The notes under the pieces were generated by a model. That model ran no database searches and was not told the DNA's origin. It was given only the letters and a program-made list of their open reading frames with translations. Below are positions 10,773 through 22,379 of a stretch of 64,000 nt of DNA, piece by piece. Within the stretch, counting starts at the first letter, position 1, and each line of letters opens with the position of its first letter. Position numbers and translations under genes: made by a program. This DNA comes from an uncultured Chloroflexia bacterium (GTDB taxonomy: Bacteria; Chloroflexota; Anaerolineae; CG2-30-64-16), in contig CAWEMM010000006.1 of the NCBI GenBank assembly GCA_963810095.1, positions 672,001 through 736,000 of the forward strand, written 5' to 3'.

Positions 10773-11898
10773 ACCGGGCATTTCAAACCTCGGAGGTGTC
10801 GGCCCGCCTGCACGCGTGGTCGTTGCGATGAGCGGCGGCGTCGACAGTTCCGTGGCTGCTGCGCTGCTGCTCGAGCAGGGCTTCGACGTCATCGGCATCA
10901 TGCTGCGGTTGTGGTCCGAGCCCGCCCGGCCCGTGCTAGGCGGAACGGTGGAGGCGGCCACGAACCGCTGCTGCTCGGCTGAGTCAGTCCACGATGCAGC
11001 CGCGGTTGCCGACCGGCTGGGCATCCCGTTCTACGCGGTCAGCGCGGAGGCGCCCTTCAAGCAGCGTGTGGTCGACACCTGGGTCGAGAGCTACGCCCAC
11101 GGCTTGACGCCCAACCCCTGCCTGAGCTGTAACCGGCACATCCGCTTCGGCTTTCTGCTGAACTACGCCCGGACACTGGGCGCACGCTACCTGGCGACCG
11201 GCCACTACGCCCGGCTGCGCAGATCGGATGACGGGAGTATCGAGCTCTGGCGGGGGCTGGACCGGGCCAAGGACCAGTCATACGTGCTCAGTGTGCTCGG
11301 CCAGGAGGACCTCGCGAGCGCGCTCTTTCCGGTGGGAGAGTATACGAAGCCGGAGGTGCGAGCCTTGGCGGCCGCGCGCGGCCTGCCCACGGCCTCGCGG
11401 GTCGACAGCCAGGATTTGTGTTTCGTGAGTGACGGCGACTACCGGCGTTTCCTGGGCGACCATGCGCCCGAGGCAGTGCGTCCCGGACCGATCCTCGACT
11501 CAGGCGGCCGGCAGTTAGGCGTGCACCGGGGCCTGCCGTTCTACACAGTGGGGCAGCGCAGCGGCCTGGGGATTGCCGCGGCGCATCCGCTCTTTGTCCT
11601 CCGGCTGGACATTGAGGCGAACGCCGTCATTGTGGGCAGCGGCGACGAACTCGGATCGACCGCATTCCGCACGGGTCCCGTCAACTGGCTGGCGGGTAGG
11701 CCGCGCGGCCCATCACTCGAGGCCCAGGTTCAGATCCGCTATCACAGCGCCCCTGTGGCCGCGTCTGTCGACATGCTGGCGGATGGCGGCGCGGCGGTCG
11801 CCGTGCGTGAGCCCTTGCGTGACGTCACGCCGGGCCAGGCGGCGGTCTTCTATGACGGCGAGAACTGCCTGGGCAACGGCTTGATCTTGCGGCCCTAG
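10765..11898 (+). CDS. mnmA: tRNA 2-thiouridine(34) synthase
   Basis: [39 protein letters not shown]; overlaps iscS stop. Confidence 0.96.
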   Translation: MPEPGISNLGGVGPPARVVVAMSGGVDSSVAAALLLEQGFDVIGIMLRLWSEPARPVLGGTVEAATNRCCSAESVHDAAAVADRLGIPFYAVSAEAPFKQRVVDTWVESYAHGLTPNPCLSCNRHIRFGFLLNYARTLGARYLATGHYARLRRSDDGSIELWRGLDRAKDQSYVLSVLGQEDLASALFPVGEYTKPEVRALAAARGLPTASRVDSQDLCFVSDGDYRRFLGDHAPEAVRPGPILDSGGRQLGVHRGLPFYTVGQRSGLGIAAAHPLFVLRLDIEANAVIVGSGDELGSTAFRTGPVNWLAGRPRGPSLEAQVQIRYHSAPVAASVDMLADGGAAVAVREPLRDVTPGQAAVFYDGENCLGNGLILRP

Positions 11899-11928
11899 CC
11901 GCGCCTGCGGGGTTTCAAGGAGGACATC

Positions 11929-12255
11929 ATGCAACCGCTGCTTGATCGTGTGCTCGACATCGCGCTGTCACCCGCACTCTGGTTGTGCGTCGTGCTGGGC
12001 CTGGTCTACGGCCTGCTGTTTACCCTGTGGCGCGGGGGCGGCTTCCGCCAGTTGTGGCGCGATCTCCTGGCCGGCGTGCTCGGCTTCGGATTCGGGCAGC
12101 TGCTGGCGTCGTTCTTGCGCCTTCCGACGCTGGCGGTGGGCGAAGTGCACCTGCTGTGGGGCTCTCTTTTTGCCGTCGTAGCCCTGTTGGCCCGCCGGCG
12201 CTTCTGGCCCCCGCGGACGAAGTCCAAGCCTGCTTCGCCGGCCCCGGCGCCTTGA
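11929..12255 (+). CDS. Small membrane protein (about 3 TM)
   Basis: AGGAGG RBS, hydrophobic segments. Confidence 0.7.
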   Translation: MQPLLDRVLDIALSPALWLCVVLGLVYGLLFTLWRGGGFRQLWRDLLAGVLGFGFGQLLASFLRLPTLAVGEVHLLWGSLFAVVALLARRRFWPPRTKSKPASPAPAP

Positions 12256-12324
12256 AATGTGGGGGAAGGACACCTTTACGTTTGGCACAGGCTGTGCTAA
12301 AGTTAACAGCTACGGAGGTGGGGC

Positions 12325-12618
12325 ATGAGTCTGATTATCTGGCGGGATCTTTCCATCATCCTTTTGGCACTTGAGTCGATCGTTGTCCTTGTATTGCTGA
12401 GTATCCTGGTTCTCCAAGTAATGCGTCTGATCCGATTGCTGCGTGAGGAAGTGATGCCGATTTTGCGGTCTACACAAGACACCGTCAGCACCGTGCGCGG
12501 CACGACTGACTTCATGAGCGATCACCTGGTCCAGCCGGTCGTCAAAGCGTCGAGTTACGCAGCAGGCGCTCGGCAGGCCATTAACGTACTTCTGGGTCGC
12601 AGCAACGGGCGCAACTAA
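12325..12618 (+). CDS. Membrane-anchored helical protein (DUF948/YtxG-like)
   Basis: GGAGG RBS, N-terminal TM plus amphipathic helix; precedes YtxH-like gene. Confidence 0.65.
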   Translation: MSLIIWRDLSIILLALESIVVLVLLSILVLQVMRLIRLLREEVMPILRSTQDTVSTVRGTTDFMSDHLVQPVVKASSYAAGARQAINVLLGRSNGRN

Positions 12619-12630
12619 GGAGGCAGTCAA

Positions 12631-12948
12631 ATGAATGAAAACAGCGGAGGCGGGAGCTTCGTCGTCGGATTCCTGATCGGCGCGATTGCAGGCGCAGCGG
12701 CAGCGCTGCTCCTGACGCCACAGTCGGGTGAGGACATGCGGCGCACCATCGGACAAAAGAGCGTCGAGCTCAAGGACCAGGCCACCCAACAGGCGCAGCG
12801 CCTGGCCACCGACGCGAAGGGTCAGGTCGAGTACGTTCAAGAAAAGGGCCGGGTGGTCATCAGCGACAACGTACGGAAGGCCCAAGACTTGGTGACCGGC
12901 GGCAAGCCCGCCGACGAGATGCTGCCGCCAGCGACTCCTGCCGCTTAG
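12631..12948 (+). CDS. YtxH-domain general stress protein
   Basis: FVVGFLIGAIAGAAAALLLTPQSGEDMR. Confidence 0.88.
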   Translation: MNENSGGGSFVVGFLIGAIAGAAAALLLTPQSGEDMRRTIGQKSVELKDQATQQAQRLATDAKGQVEYVQEKGRVVISDNVRKAQDLVTGGKPADEMLPPATPAA

Positions 12949-12976
12949 GCGCTCCGACTCATACCCCAACCGGTTC

Positions 12977-13007
12977 TGGCCGGGTCGCTGACCCGGCCAT
13001 TTCTTTT
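12977..13007 (+). terminator. Intrinsic terminator
   Basis: TGGCCGGGTC-GCT-GACCCGGCCA followed by TTTCTTTT. Confidence 0.8.
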
Positions 13008-13028
13008 GTCCCGCGCCACCGAGCAGGC

Positions 13029-14876
13029 CTACGCCAGGATGTCGACGAGCGCCCGGGGCACAAACACCTGCAGTTCCCGGGCGGTAACCCCGGCCGCGCC
13101 CTCGGCAAGGCCGGCCATCACGCCCGCCAGCCCGTGAACAAAAGCACCGGCGATAGCCGCATCAAACGGCCCGAGGCCCTGGGCGAGCATGGACGCGATG
13201 GCGCCGGCCAACACGTCCCCGCTCCCGGCCTTCGCCAGCGCGGGATCGGCGAAAGGCAGCACGGACGCCCGGCCGCCGGGGTGGGCGACCACCGTGTGCG
13301 CGCCTTTTAGCAAGACGACGTGGCCCCACTGCGCGGCGCACGCACGGGCGGTCGCGATGCGATTGGCGTTGATCTCGTCAATGCTCGAGCCCGTCAAGCG
13401 GCTCATCTCGCCGGGATGTGGCGTCAGCACGCTCAGAGCCGGCAGCAGGGCAGGCCACTGCGGCCGCCGTGCCAACAGGTTCAACGCGTCCGCATCGAAC
13501 ACGCACTTCCCCTGCCAGGCGCCCTTGTCCAACCCACCCTCGCCCAGCAGCACGTCCAGGAACTCGGCCGCAGTTTCCTCGGTCGTCAGGCCCGGCCCAA
13601 CCAGGAGCGCATCATATCCCTGCAGCTTCTGGGCGAGCCTCCGGGCGCCTTCGGCGGAATGAACGCCGTCGACGCCCGGCAAAGGCAGCCAGGTAATTTC
13701 GAGGAGCCCGCCCGCCAGGAGGCTATGCACCTCACGCGGCACCGCCAGCGTCACCAACCCCGCGCCCGAGCGGGCGGCCGTGCCGGCGCTAAGCGCGGGC
13801 GCGCCGCTGTAGAGGAGCGAGCCGCCCGCGATCATCACCTTGCCGAACGTGCCCTTGTTGGCATCCCGCGGGCGTGCCGGCAGCAGGCTGCGCACCTGGC
13901 TCCGCTCGACCAACTCGACCGGCAGGTCCGCAGCGACGTCCGGGGGCACGCCAATGTCGACCACGAACAGGACGCCGCACGCGCCCGCACCCGGGTACTG
14001 AAGTTGGCCCCACTTGGGGTAGGCAAAGGTCACCGTAAGCGATGCACCGACGGTCGCGGGATCGAGCGCGCCCGTGTCGCAGTTGAGCCCGGTCGGACAG
14101 TCAACCGCAAGGACAGGCACGAGCGGCCAGGCGCTGACCAGTGCAGCCAGCGCGCGGTCGACGGCCGGCTCTGGCCCATCCAAGAGGTCGTCGTCCGCAA
14201 AGCCGGCAAGATGTGCGAAACCAGAGTCCATCGGATCAGTGCGCCCGCCCCACCCGTGCGGGCCGGCCGGGAATCCGGGGATGAAAGGGGCCAGGTCGAG
14301 GTCCGCTTCGTCGTCTGAGACCGGTTCGGGGGGCACCAACGCCTCGAGGAGCGGCGCCCGAGGTTCGCCATTGGGAAAGGGCTCAAGCGGGGCCGTCCGC
14401 GTGTTGATGGCGTCCAGTTCCTCTCTTAGTACGGCCAGCATCTCGGCCAGTTTGCCGCTCAGCGGCCGGGCAACGCCGGTGCCCAAGAGCGCGTCGATCA
14501 CGAGGCTCGTTCCCCGGACGGCCTGGCGTAGGTTGTCAAAGCCGGGGTCGTTGTCGGCCCACAGGATCGTTACGCCGCGCTTTCGCCGCTTCAGCCGCGA
14601 CAGGTTCCGGTCGCCCTTTGGGTCGCGTTTCCAGATATAGAGCGTGACGTCGCACTCGGCTTCCCGCAGGTAATGCCCCGCAACAAGCCCGTCCCCGCCG
14701 TTGTTGCCCGGACCCACAAGAATCAGCACCTGGTCGGCCACTTCCGGCCAGCGAAATTCCTGCGCGACCCGGGCAACGGACTCGCCCGCCTTCTCCATCA
14801 TGGCCGCGTAGGACTGGCCGCTCTCGTCCGTGCGCTGCTCGATGCGTCGCATCTCCTCGACGCTAACGAGCTTCAT
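13029..14876 (-). CDS. nnr: Bifunctional NAD(P)H-hydrate epimerase/dehydratase
   Basis: MEKAG, GPGNNGGDG, DALLGTG, AVDCPTG, NKGTFG, DADALN, TPHPGEM, AGSGDVLAG. Confidence 0.93.
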   Translation of the reverse strand: MKLVSVEEMRRIEQRTDESGQSYAAMMEKAGESVARVAQEFRWPEVADQVLILVGPGNNGGDGLVAGHYLREAECDVTLYIWKRDPKGDRNLSRLKRRKRGVTILWADNDPGFDNLRQAVRGTSLVIDALLGTGVARPLSGKLAEMLAVLREELDAINTRTAPLEPFPNGEPRAPLLEALVPPEPVSDDEADLDLAPFIPGFPAGPHGWGGRTDPMDSGFAHLAGFADDDLLDGPEPAVDRALAALVSAWPLVPVLAVDCPTGLNCDTGALDPATVGASLTVTFAYPKWGQLQYPGAGACGVLFVVDIGVPPDVAADLPVELVERSQVRSLLPARPRDANKGTFGKVMIAGGSLLYSGAPALSAGTAARSGAGLVTLAVPREVHSLLAGGLLEITWLPLPGVDGVHSAEGARRLAQKLQGYDALLVGPGLTTEETAAEFLDVLLGEGGLDKGAWQGKCVFDADALNLLARRPQWPALLPALSVLTPHPGEMSRLTGSSIDEINANRIATARACAAQWGHVVLLKGAHTVVAHPGGRASVLPFADPALAKAGSGDVLAGAIASMLAQGLGPFDAAIAGAFVHGLAGVMAGLAEGAAGVTARELQVFVPRALVDILA

Positions 14877-15510
14877 GCACGTACTCCTTTGAAGTTGCTC
14901 CTGCGGCGGCCCCATGCCCAGCAAACCACCACGCCACCAACGCCATCGAGCCCACGATGGGGACGAGCAAGGCGAGGTAGACGAGCTGCAGCGTCATGGA
15001 GGGCGACGACCCGATGGGATCGAGAGGATGGCGAATGACGCCGGTCGCAAAGGCCAGCCAGCCGACGGCCAGGGCCAGCAAGGCGGCCGCGGCCGCAGTG
15101 AAACGGTCATCCTTCACCAGCCAACTGATCAACAGGACGACCAGGCCGGCCAGGATGAGCTGGAGCGTCATGGTCACCCGTGGCTCGCCCCAGGCAATCC
15201 ACGGCCCCCAAGTGAGTCGGGTAGCGGGCATGCTCACGACGAAGTGCGCGACCCAGAAGAGCCAGCCGCTCAACAACAGGCCGCGCGTCCAGGCGGCCAA
15301 CGCGGGGCGCCGGGTCACCAGGAAGACGATGCCGGTCACTCCGGCGGCAAGCAGGCCGATCATGCCGGCCCGGCTGAGCGCCCCGTGCAGATAGACGATC
15401 TTGATGACCTGGCCCAGGGTCTTCTCGAGTGGCATCAGGAACAAGATGAGAGCGGTCAGCGCCAGGCACACCAGGCCCAGTGCCGCGAACCGCTTACCGG
15501 TGAGCGTCAT
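14863..15510 (-). CDS. CcmC/CcsA-like heme-handling membrane protein
   Basis: 6 TM, YLHG His, WWD-like TWGPWIAWGEPR, second His in IRHP. Confidence 0.65.
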   Translation of the reverse strand: MTLTGKRFAALGLVCLALTALILFLMPLEKTLGQVIKIVYLHGALSRAGMIGLLAAGVTGIVFLVTRRPALAAWTRGLLLSGWLFWVAHFVVSMPATRLTWGPWIAWGEPRVTMTLQLILAGLVVLLISWLVKDDRFTAAAAALLALAVGWLAFATGVIRHPLDPIGSSPSMTLQLVYLALLVPIVGSMALVAWWFAGHGAAAGATSKEYVHEAR

Positions 15511-15666
15511 GCAGCAGTCTCCGCTTGTAGAATGGCGGCATGATACCCGAATCGGACGCCGGGATCAAGCCGGGCGCGCGCTGCTGACGTTTCGCACCCC
15601 TTCGCCGGCTGTGTTATCATCCCCCCAGCGCTGGCGGGTGTCACATGAGGCGATAGCGGAGGGCTT

Positions 15667-16449
15667 ATGGCGATCGATGCACCGGTTCACAGCAATGAAG
15701 CGAACTTCAGCCGGGTCTTGGGCGCAGGACTTCCTGTCCTGGTCGTCCTATGGCGGCGCAACTGCGCGCCGTGCGACCAGTTGAACCCGGCTCTGGACCG
15801 GCTGGCGAAAGCGTACGCGGGGCGAGCGCTCGTCGTAAAGGTCAATATCGACGAAGAGGCGGGACTGGCGCGCCGGCTTAACGTGCAGCAGCTGCCCGGA
15901 TTGGTCTTTTACAAGGACGGCCAGGAGGCCGGTCGCGGCGTGGGCGCCGCGACCGAGCGCGAGCTGGCAGCCTGGTTGGATTACCTCGTGGCGGGGGGCA
16001 GCCCTCCCTCCGCGCCCACTGGGCCCAGCATTGCGACCGGCGCTGGAGCTGGCGCGGTCCCCAGCGGCGCCGCCTCTGCGCAAGAGCGGGCTACAGGCCC
16101 CAGTCGGACCGCAACGGGCACCAAGAGCGAACCGGTGGTCTTGACCGACGCCAATTTCGACCAGGTCATCCGTCAGAGCACGGGCCCCGTGCTGGTCGAC
16201 TTCTGGGCGGTCTGGTGCGGGCCGTGCAAGATGATCGCGCCCCACGTGGCCGCGCTGGCACAGGAGTTCGCCGGGCGGGCGGTGGTGGGCAAGCTGAACG
16301 TCGACGAGAACCCGCGGGTGGCGGGTCAATTTGGCATCATGAGCATCCCCACGCTGCTGATCTTCAGCGGCGGCAAGGTAGTGGACCAAATCGTGGGCGT
16401 GCAGCCGGCCCAGGTGCTGCGCCAGCGGCTCGCCCGGCACGTGCGCTGA
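15667..16449 (+). CDS. trxA: Tandem two-domain thioredoxin
   Basis: Domain 1 CAPC, Ala/Gly/Pro linker, domain 2 DFWAVWCGPC and SIPT. Confidence 0.9.
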   Translation: MAIDAPVHSNEANFSRVLGAGLPVLVVLWRRNCAPCDQLNPALDRLAKAYAGRALVVKVNIDEEAGLARRLNVQQLPGLVFYKDGQEAGRGVGAATERELAAWLDYLVAGGSPPSAPTGPSIATGAGAGAVPSGAASAQERATGPSRTATGTKSEPVVLTDANFDQVIRQSTGPVLVDFWAVWCGPCKMIAPHVAALAQEFAGRAVVGKLNVDENPRVAGQFGIMSIPTLLIFSGGKVVDQIVGVQPAQVLRQRLARHVR

Positions 16450-16459
16450 GAACCTGAGC

Positions 16460-16525
16460 AACACAAAGGCACAAAGACACAGAGGTTCAGGCTGGGGGAG
16501 CCCGCTGTCCTTGTGCCTTTGTGTT
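16460..16525. repeat. Inverted repeat, CACAAAG family B copy 1
   Basis: AACACAAAGGCACAA ... TTGTGCCTTTGTGTT perfect 15-bp arms, between convergent genes. Confidence 0.82.
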
Positions 16526-16535
16526 GGGCGGGCGA

Positions 16536-18571
16536 TTAGCGGAGGACGACCGGCAGATAGATCCTGGCCGCGTGCTGAGGGGTCGGGGTGGGCGTAGGCT
16601 CGGCGATGCCGTTCCAGGCGCCGAAATACACCGTGGTCTCGCGCCGCCGGCTCGATCGCCAGCGCGATCTGCTGCGGCGTGGTCAGCAAGTAGCCCTCAG
16701 GCAGCGGGTCGGCGCTTAACACGTACGAGCCGAGTGCGAGTGTGTCAAATCCGTAGTAGCCATCCGGTGCCGCGAGGTGGTGTACGCGATGGGCTGGTCA
16801 TTCTGATAGAGGAACAAGCCGGCATCCGCCACCCCGCGCGTCTCCCACGCCTGCCGGATGCCGTCGCCGTTACTGTCCAGGAACACCCGTCCCCACAAAG
16901 CCGGCCGGATCGAGCTCTTAACCGTCTGCGCGTTATCTGCCGGCGTGAGTTCACGCTGGGCCGCAGCGGCCGACGCGGTCGTCGTCAGTTCGCCATTCCC
17001 GACAACGGTCGGCGTCACCACCACGCCGATGGTGACGCTCTCGCCCGGGTCGAGCCGGCTGACTCCGCAATTCATCTGCCGCCCATTCAGCCGGCAGCTC
17101 TGCGCCGAAAACAAGACGGCATCCATTGCCGGCTCAGCAGGCAGCACGGCACTCAAGGAAACACTCGTCGCGCTCGCGGTCCCGACGTTGGCGATGCTGA
17201 AGGTCGCGGTCAGGGGATTGCCGGCAACGACCGCCTGGGGCACCACGGACGCGCTCAGCCGCAGATCCACAGGCTGCACGGGCGCGCTGACGGCGGCCGC
17301 CGCGTCCAGCCGACCCCAGCCGGTCTCATCGTCCTTGCCGGGCATCCCGACATCCTGGACCGCGCCGAGAAGCTGCGCCTTCACGCCATCCGCCGTGAGC
17401 GCAGGCCAGCGCGACCAGACCAGGGCTGCGGCGCCGGCGACAAAGGGGACCGACTGAGATGTGCCGCCCTCAGACCGGTAGCCATGCTGCCCGAGGCCGC
17501 TGTAGTACCAGGTGCTGTAGATGTCTGTGCCGGGGGCCGCCAGGTCGATGCCGCGCACCGGGATTCGAGAATGCCGCAGGGTGGTCGGAAGGATCTGTGG
17601 CCGCGACGGCCAGCGCGCCGGGGCACATCGCGGGATAATAAACGACCGTGTCATTATTGCCGGCGGCCGCCGCCACCACTTTGCCCTTTGCGACCGCAGT
17701 GCTCACCGCGTCACACAGGGTCGCGGACGGAGACGGGCCTCCCAGGCTCAGGCTGATAATATTCGCCCCATTGCCCGCGGCATAGAGAATGCCGGCCGCC
17801 ACATCGGAGTACAGCGCTGTGCTGCCAGAGACGCCCAGCACCTTAACGGTCATCAGCTGGGGACCCCACGCGGTGCCGGCGACGCCGATGCCGTTGTTCG
17901 TGGCGGCGGCGGCAATGCCTGCAACATGAGTCCCGTGGCCGTTTTCATCCCCCACTCGTCCATCGCCGTACGCACCTTCGGGGGTGCGGAAGCGACAGCC
18001 GTAGATGTCGTCGATGCACCCGTTGAGCTCGTCGTCCCTGCCGTTGTTGGGAATCTCGGCCGTGTTCTGCCACAGCTTGCCGGCCAGGTCCGGGTGCGCC
18101 AGGTCCGTGCCCGAATCGATCACCGCAATCACCACGGCCGGCGCGCCGGTTGTCACATTCCATGCTTGCGGCGCGCCAATCTGCGCCAATCCCCACTGCT
18201 TCCCGGCGATATAACTTGGATCGTTTGGCTCGGCTTGCGCGCTGGCCGCGTAATCCAATTCCGCGTAGGCCACATCGCCCTGGCGGGAGAGCTGCTCTGC
18301 CGCCGAGGCTTCCTGCCCGACCGGAACCGCGACGACCAAGACCCCGAGGCCCTGGATTTCCTGGATCACATCCAGCCCTTGAACGGCCAGCGCGGCCCGG
18401 CCGGCAAGCCCCTTGCCCGGCTTGAACTTCACGAGCACGGTGCCCGGCCGGTAGCCGGCCAGCGACACAGCCGGGGTTGCCTGCAACTGCTGCGCGGGAA
18501 ACGGCGGGCTGCGAAGGCAACAACGCCAAGGCCAACAATGACGTCAAAAACAACAGCATGTATCGTCGCAT
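16536..18571 (-). CDS. Secreted subtilisin-like S8 peptidase with DUF11 and SdrD-B-like domains (several frameshifts)
   Basis: Signal peptide, propeptide, VIAVIDSG, NGHGTHVAG, AAAGN, GTSQS; DUF11 (DLRLS..ADN); GRVFLDSNGDG; ends IYLPVVLR*. Confidence 0.88.
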
Positions 18572-18597
18572 ACGAAGTCACCTGGAATTTAAAGAAC

Positions 18598-18620
18598 GGA
18601 CCGGGGATGCTCCCCGGTCC
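18598..18620 (-). terminator. Hairpin after M6 protease gene
   Basis: GGACCGGGGA-TGC-TCCCCGGTCC, followed by GTTCTTT on the minus strand. Confidence 0.6.
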
Positions 18621-18682
18621 GGACATGGTGAAGCACCGTTATGAGTGACGGGAACGTGTGTCCCCGTCACTCACATGCGCGC

Positions 18683-21600
18683 TCAAGGCTTGCGGTACGT
18701 GACCTCAAGCTTCGGCAGGTTGCTGCCCAGCCACGTGTTCTCCGTGCTTGGGAAGCGATAGGTTGTAAAGCTGGTGGCGTCGGCCAGGCGCACGAGAACG
18801 CCGTGGTTCGCTGCACTGCTGGCCACCCACTTCTGGGCCGCAGCCGTCACGTCGATCTTGACCCACTTGCCGACGTCCGCCTTGGTGATGGGCGCCATGC
18901 CCACTGCCATCGGATCGACGTCGCCGCCCGGCTTGGTCCAAGGCGTCTTCCAGGTCACCGTGCTCTGGGCCCAGCCGGTTAGCACCTCGTGAGCTGCCAG
19001 GTTCGCCGCCGACCCACCGCCGCCGAAGCCCTCGACGTACAGCCACAGGGTGGCCTTATCCACCGGGTACGACGCGTCGATCGAGCTCACGTCAAACTGC
19101 ACGAGTGCGCGCAGGACATCGTCGCCGCCCGTGTAGATAAACGGCCAAGTTCCGTAATTGGTGCTGGGCAAACCGCGTGAGATGTAGCTGTCTGCAGTGG
19201 CAGGGAACACGTCCGTGGCAATCTCGCTGGCGGTCTTGATCGTCAGCGCATCGCTATCCAGCGCCCGCACGAAGGTGCTCGTGTCGAAGATCGCCACCGA
19301 ATGGCGGATCTCGCCGCTCTTTGCCGTGACGAGCGTGGAGAAGCCGAAGTTGGCCGTCCCGCCGGTGCCCGGCTTGGCCATGGCGGCCACGCCGATGATC
19401 GCGCCCGCATCCGCGCCCGCGCAGCCCTTCGATGCTGGCGACGCCTGCCTGCTTGGCAAGCTTCGCAGCCTCAGCCGAGGTGATCGGGAACGCGCCGCCG
19501 TAGGTGCTGCCTTCGACGTACTCCTCCTCGGAGTCGAGCGGGGCGATGAACAGGCCGTTGATCGGGCTGCCGATGTTGGTCGCCTTGACGTCGACCTTAA
19601 CCGTGCTGCCCATGACCAGCGGGTCGCTGCTCGGGGTCTGCGTCACCGCGCCCTCGAAGTCCTGCATTGCATTCCAAACCTTGACGGTTGCGACCGAGTC
19701 GGTCTGGTCGACGATCTGCACGTGCCAGCCGTACTGCGCCATCAGGTCGCCCGGATTGCCCGAGCCGCCGGCGTAGCCGGTGCCCGACTGGGTACCAGTA
19801 GCAGGACAGCACGCCTGTCGCGGTGGGGCCAGGCAGCGGTAGCGGAGCGGCCGTGGATCGGAGTGAAGCCCGCCGCGTCGCCTTGACCGTATAGGCCTTC
19901 TTGGCAGGCATGACATACGCTGGCGTCCCACTGCTTCGTCAGCCACACCTTGGCCGCCTGGGCCGGGCTGCCGCGTCGCGAACTCTGCGCCGGGGTAGTA
20001 GCCGTAGGAGTCATGGAAGCTCGAGACGGCCGGCCGGCTGGCGTAGTTAACGGGTCCCTTGCCGGCATAGTCGCTGGTGAAGTACGGTTCGTGTCCTTGA
20101 GCGAGAAGGGCGCATCGCGCATCTGGCCGCGGGTCGACCAGTTCGCCTGCATGTTCGGGTAGCCCGGCAATGACCCAGTTCGTGATCACGCAGCGGGTCC
20201 GGATGCGAGTCGACGACGAGCAGCATGCCCTTCGGGCCGAAGCTCGGGTAGTCGGTCAGGTAGCCTTCGATTTCGTTGTCGCCGTAGAAATCGTTGTTGT
20301 ACCAGACGATCAAGCCGGTGTCCGCCGGACCGTAGCGCCAGCTTGGATTCGCCAAGCGAGCTGTCATAGCCGCCCGTTCGGCTGGTGTTGCGCCATTGCA
20401 GGTAGAACCGCTGGCCGAAGGTCTGCATGCCACTGCTGCGCTGCCACGGCGCTGCATAGACCCACTTTGCATCGCCGTACTCAGCATCGTCCGCGAACAG
20501 CACCGTCTCACCCGCCATCACCTTGACGTTGTCGACAAACGGGCCTTCGTACGTCGTGCCCCAGTCCGTCATGTACCACAGGCGCAGCCAAACGTTCTTG
20601 CCGGCAAACGCGCCGAGGTCGAAGGTCTGGGTGTCGGGCTCGGGGAAGTTAGCGTTGTAGTCGGTCAAGCCGCCGATACCGGCCGCGCACAGATCCTCGG
20701 GGAACCCATACTCGCCGCCGATCCAGCTGCCATCGTGCGTACAGGTCGTGTTAGCGTTGGTCAGGGTCTTCCAGTTAGTGCCGTCTTCCGACGCCTGCAC
20801 CCACATGAAGTCCCATTCCGTCTCGATGCCGTAGGCAGCATCGAACGAGAACGTTGCGCCGCCCGCGGGGATGGCGATCGGCTCCTTGGTGGTCATGCTG
20901 GCATTGGCGACGTCTTCTTTGCCGCCCCACCAGTAATGCTGGCCCTGCCAGACCGGAACGGGCAACGGTGACTTCGCCGTCCGGCAGCTCGATCTTGGCG
21001 CCGCGGTAGACGCCCTCGCCGCCCGGGAAGCTGCTGGCCTGGCCGAGCTTGAAGGTGTATGTCTTGCTGGGGTCAGAGATGGCCTTCGGCTTCAGCCAAC
21101 CCCACCAGTCCAGGTGCATCGCATCGACGGACGGCGGCTCGAAGCCGATCGGGTAGCCGGTCCAGTCGTCGGCCTGTAGGGCCCAGAAGCCGGCGGAGGT
21201 CTCGCCTTCGCCGTAAGCAGTAGACGTCGTCGGCGCCCAGGTTGTGGGCGTACTCATGGGCGAAGACGCCAATGCCGCCGTTCTCGGGCATGACGATGTA
21301 CGGGCCGGCCGCCACATCAGGGGCGACCTTGAACGGCGGCGTCACGGAGCTGGAATGCGACCAGACTGCGGCCTCGCCGTAGTCGGTGCGGTTGGTCAGA
21401 GGCGGTGCGCGTCTTCCTCACCGTATCCGGCATGCACGATCCAGAGCCGGTCGATGATGCCGTCGCCGTTCTGGTCGTAGTTGTGCCAGTCGAAGCCGGG
21501 GATCGTGTTGCTGATCGCGTTAACCGCGTTGAGCGCAGTCCTCGAACCAACTGCCGGGCGTTGCCGGCGCCAGGGATGACGCCACGCGAGGCGCCGCTGG

Positions 21601-22379
21601 AGCCGCTGATTGCCGAGCGGCCGCCGGGGCACTGGTCGGCGTCGTAGTACCAGGTCGAGTGGGGCACCTGCACCCAGCCAATCACGTCGCCGGCGATTTC
21701 ATACGTCGCCGCCCGACATGTCGAGGAAGTAGTCCTTCACCGACTGCCCGGTGAAGTCCTCATTCACGACCGAGCCATCCTGGCGGGTGTACTGGAACTT
21801 CACCCCGTCGCCCCACATGAAGGCCTTGAACCAGTCGGCGCTGAAGTCCTCCGTCCAGATCGTGTCGGCCAGAGCGGTCGGCTTGCGGAAAGGGGCCGCG
21901 GGAATCTGGTTGTGGAGCGGTCCGCTGTAGGTGAAGGTCTTGGTCTGGGTGATGATCTTGGAGCAGTCGCCAAGGACCACGTGCGCCGCTTGCGTCCGTG
22001 ACAGCTTCGTTGGGATCGGCAATGCCGTATGGGTCCCACTTGTCACCCGGGTTCCACGTGAACGTGTCGGTGCCCGCGAACTCGACGAGGATGACGAGCA
22101 CGCGGTCGTCCGCGTTCAGGGACAGGGACTGCGCCTCGAGATATTGGCCGTTGGCCAACAGGCGTTGTCGCTCCTTGTTGCGCTGGTAATCCTTGAGGTT
22201 GGGCTGGTCGATGGTTTTGCCGGGGTTGGTCTTGCCCTGCCGGCGACCCTGTCGACGGACATTTGGCCGGTCGGCGCATCGCCCGGAGCGGGTGGATTGG
22301 CGCCGGCCACGGCGGTAAGGAGAAGACTCGCGATTAACGCGAAAACCGTAACGAGGGACAACATTCGCAGACGTTGCAT
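18683..22379 (-). CDS. Immune inhibitor A (M6) family secreted metalloprotease with C-terminal DNRLRE-like domain (many frameshifts)
   Basis: Signal peptide, VLVILVEF, GPLHNQIP, YDQNGDGIID, HAGYGEE, ENGGIGVFAHEYAHNLG(A)DD zinc motif, VVDSHP; C-terminal ADSYI..NYG..RALVQFD. Confidence 0.88.

Noticed and set aside
18683-22379. Programmed frameshifting or true pseudogene status for fragmented genes
   Set aside because: Multiple irregular shifts without slippery-site pattern, and motifs are intact; consistent with sequencing indels
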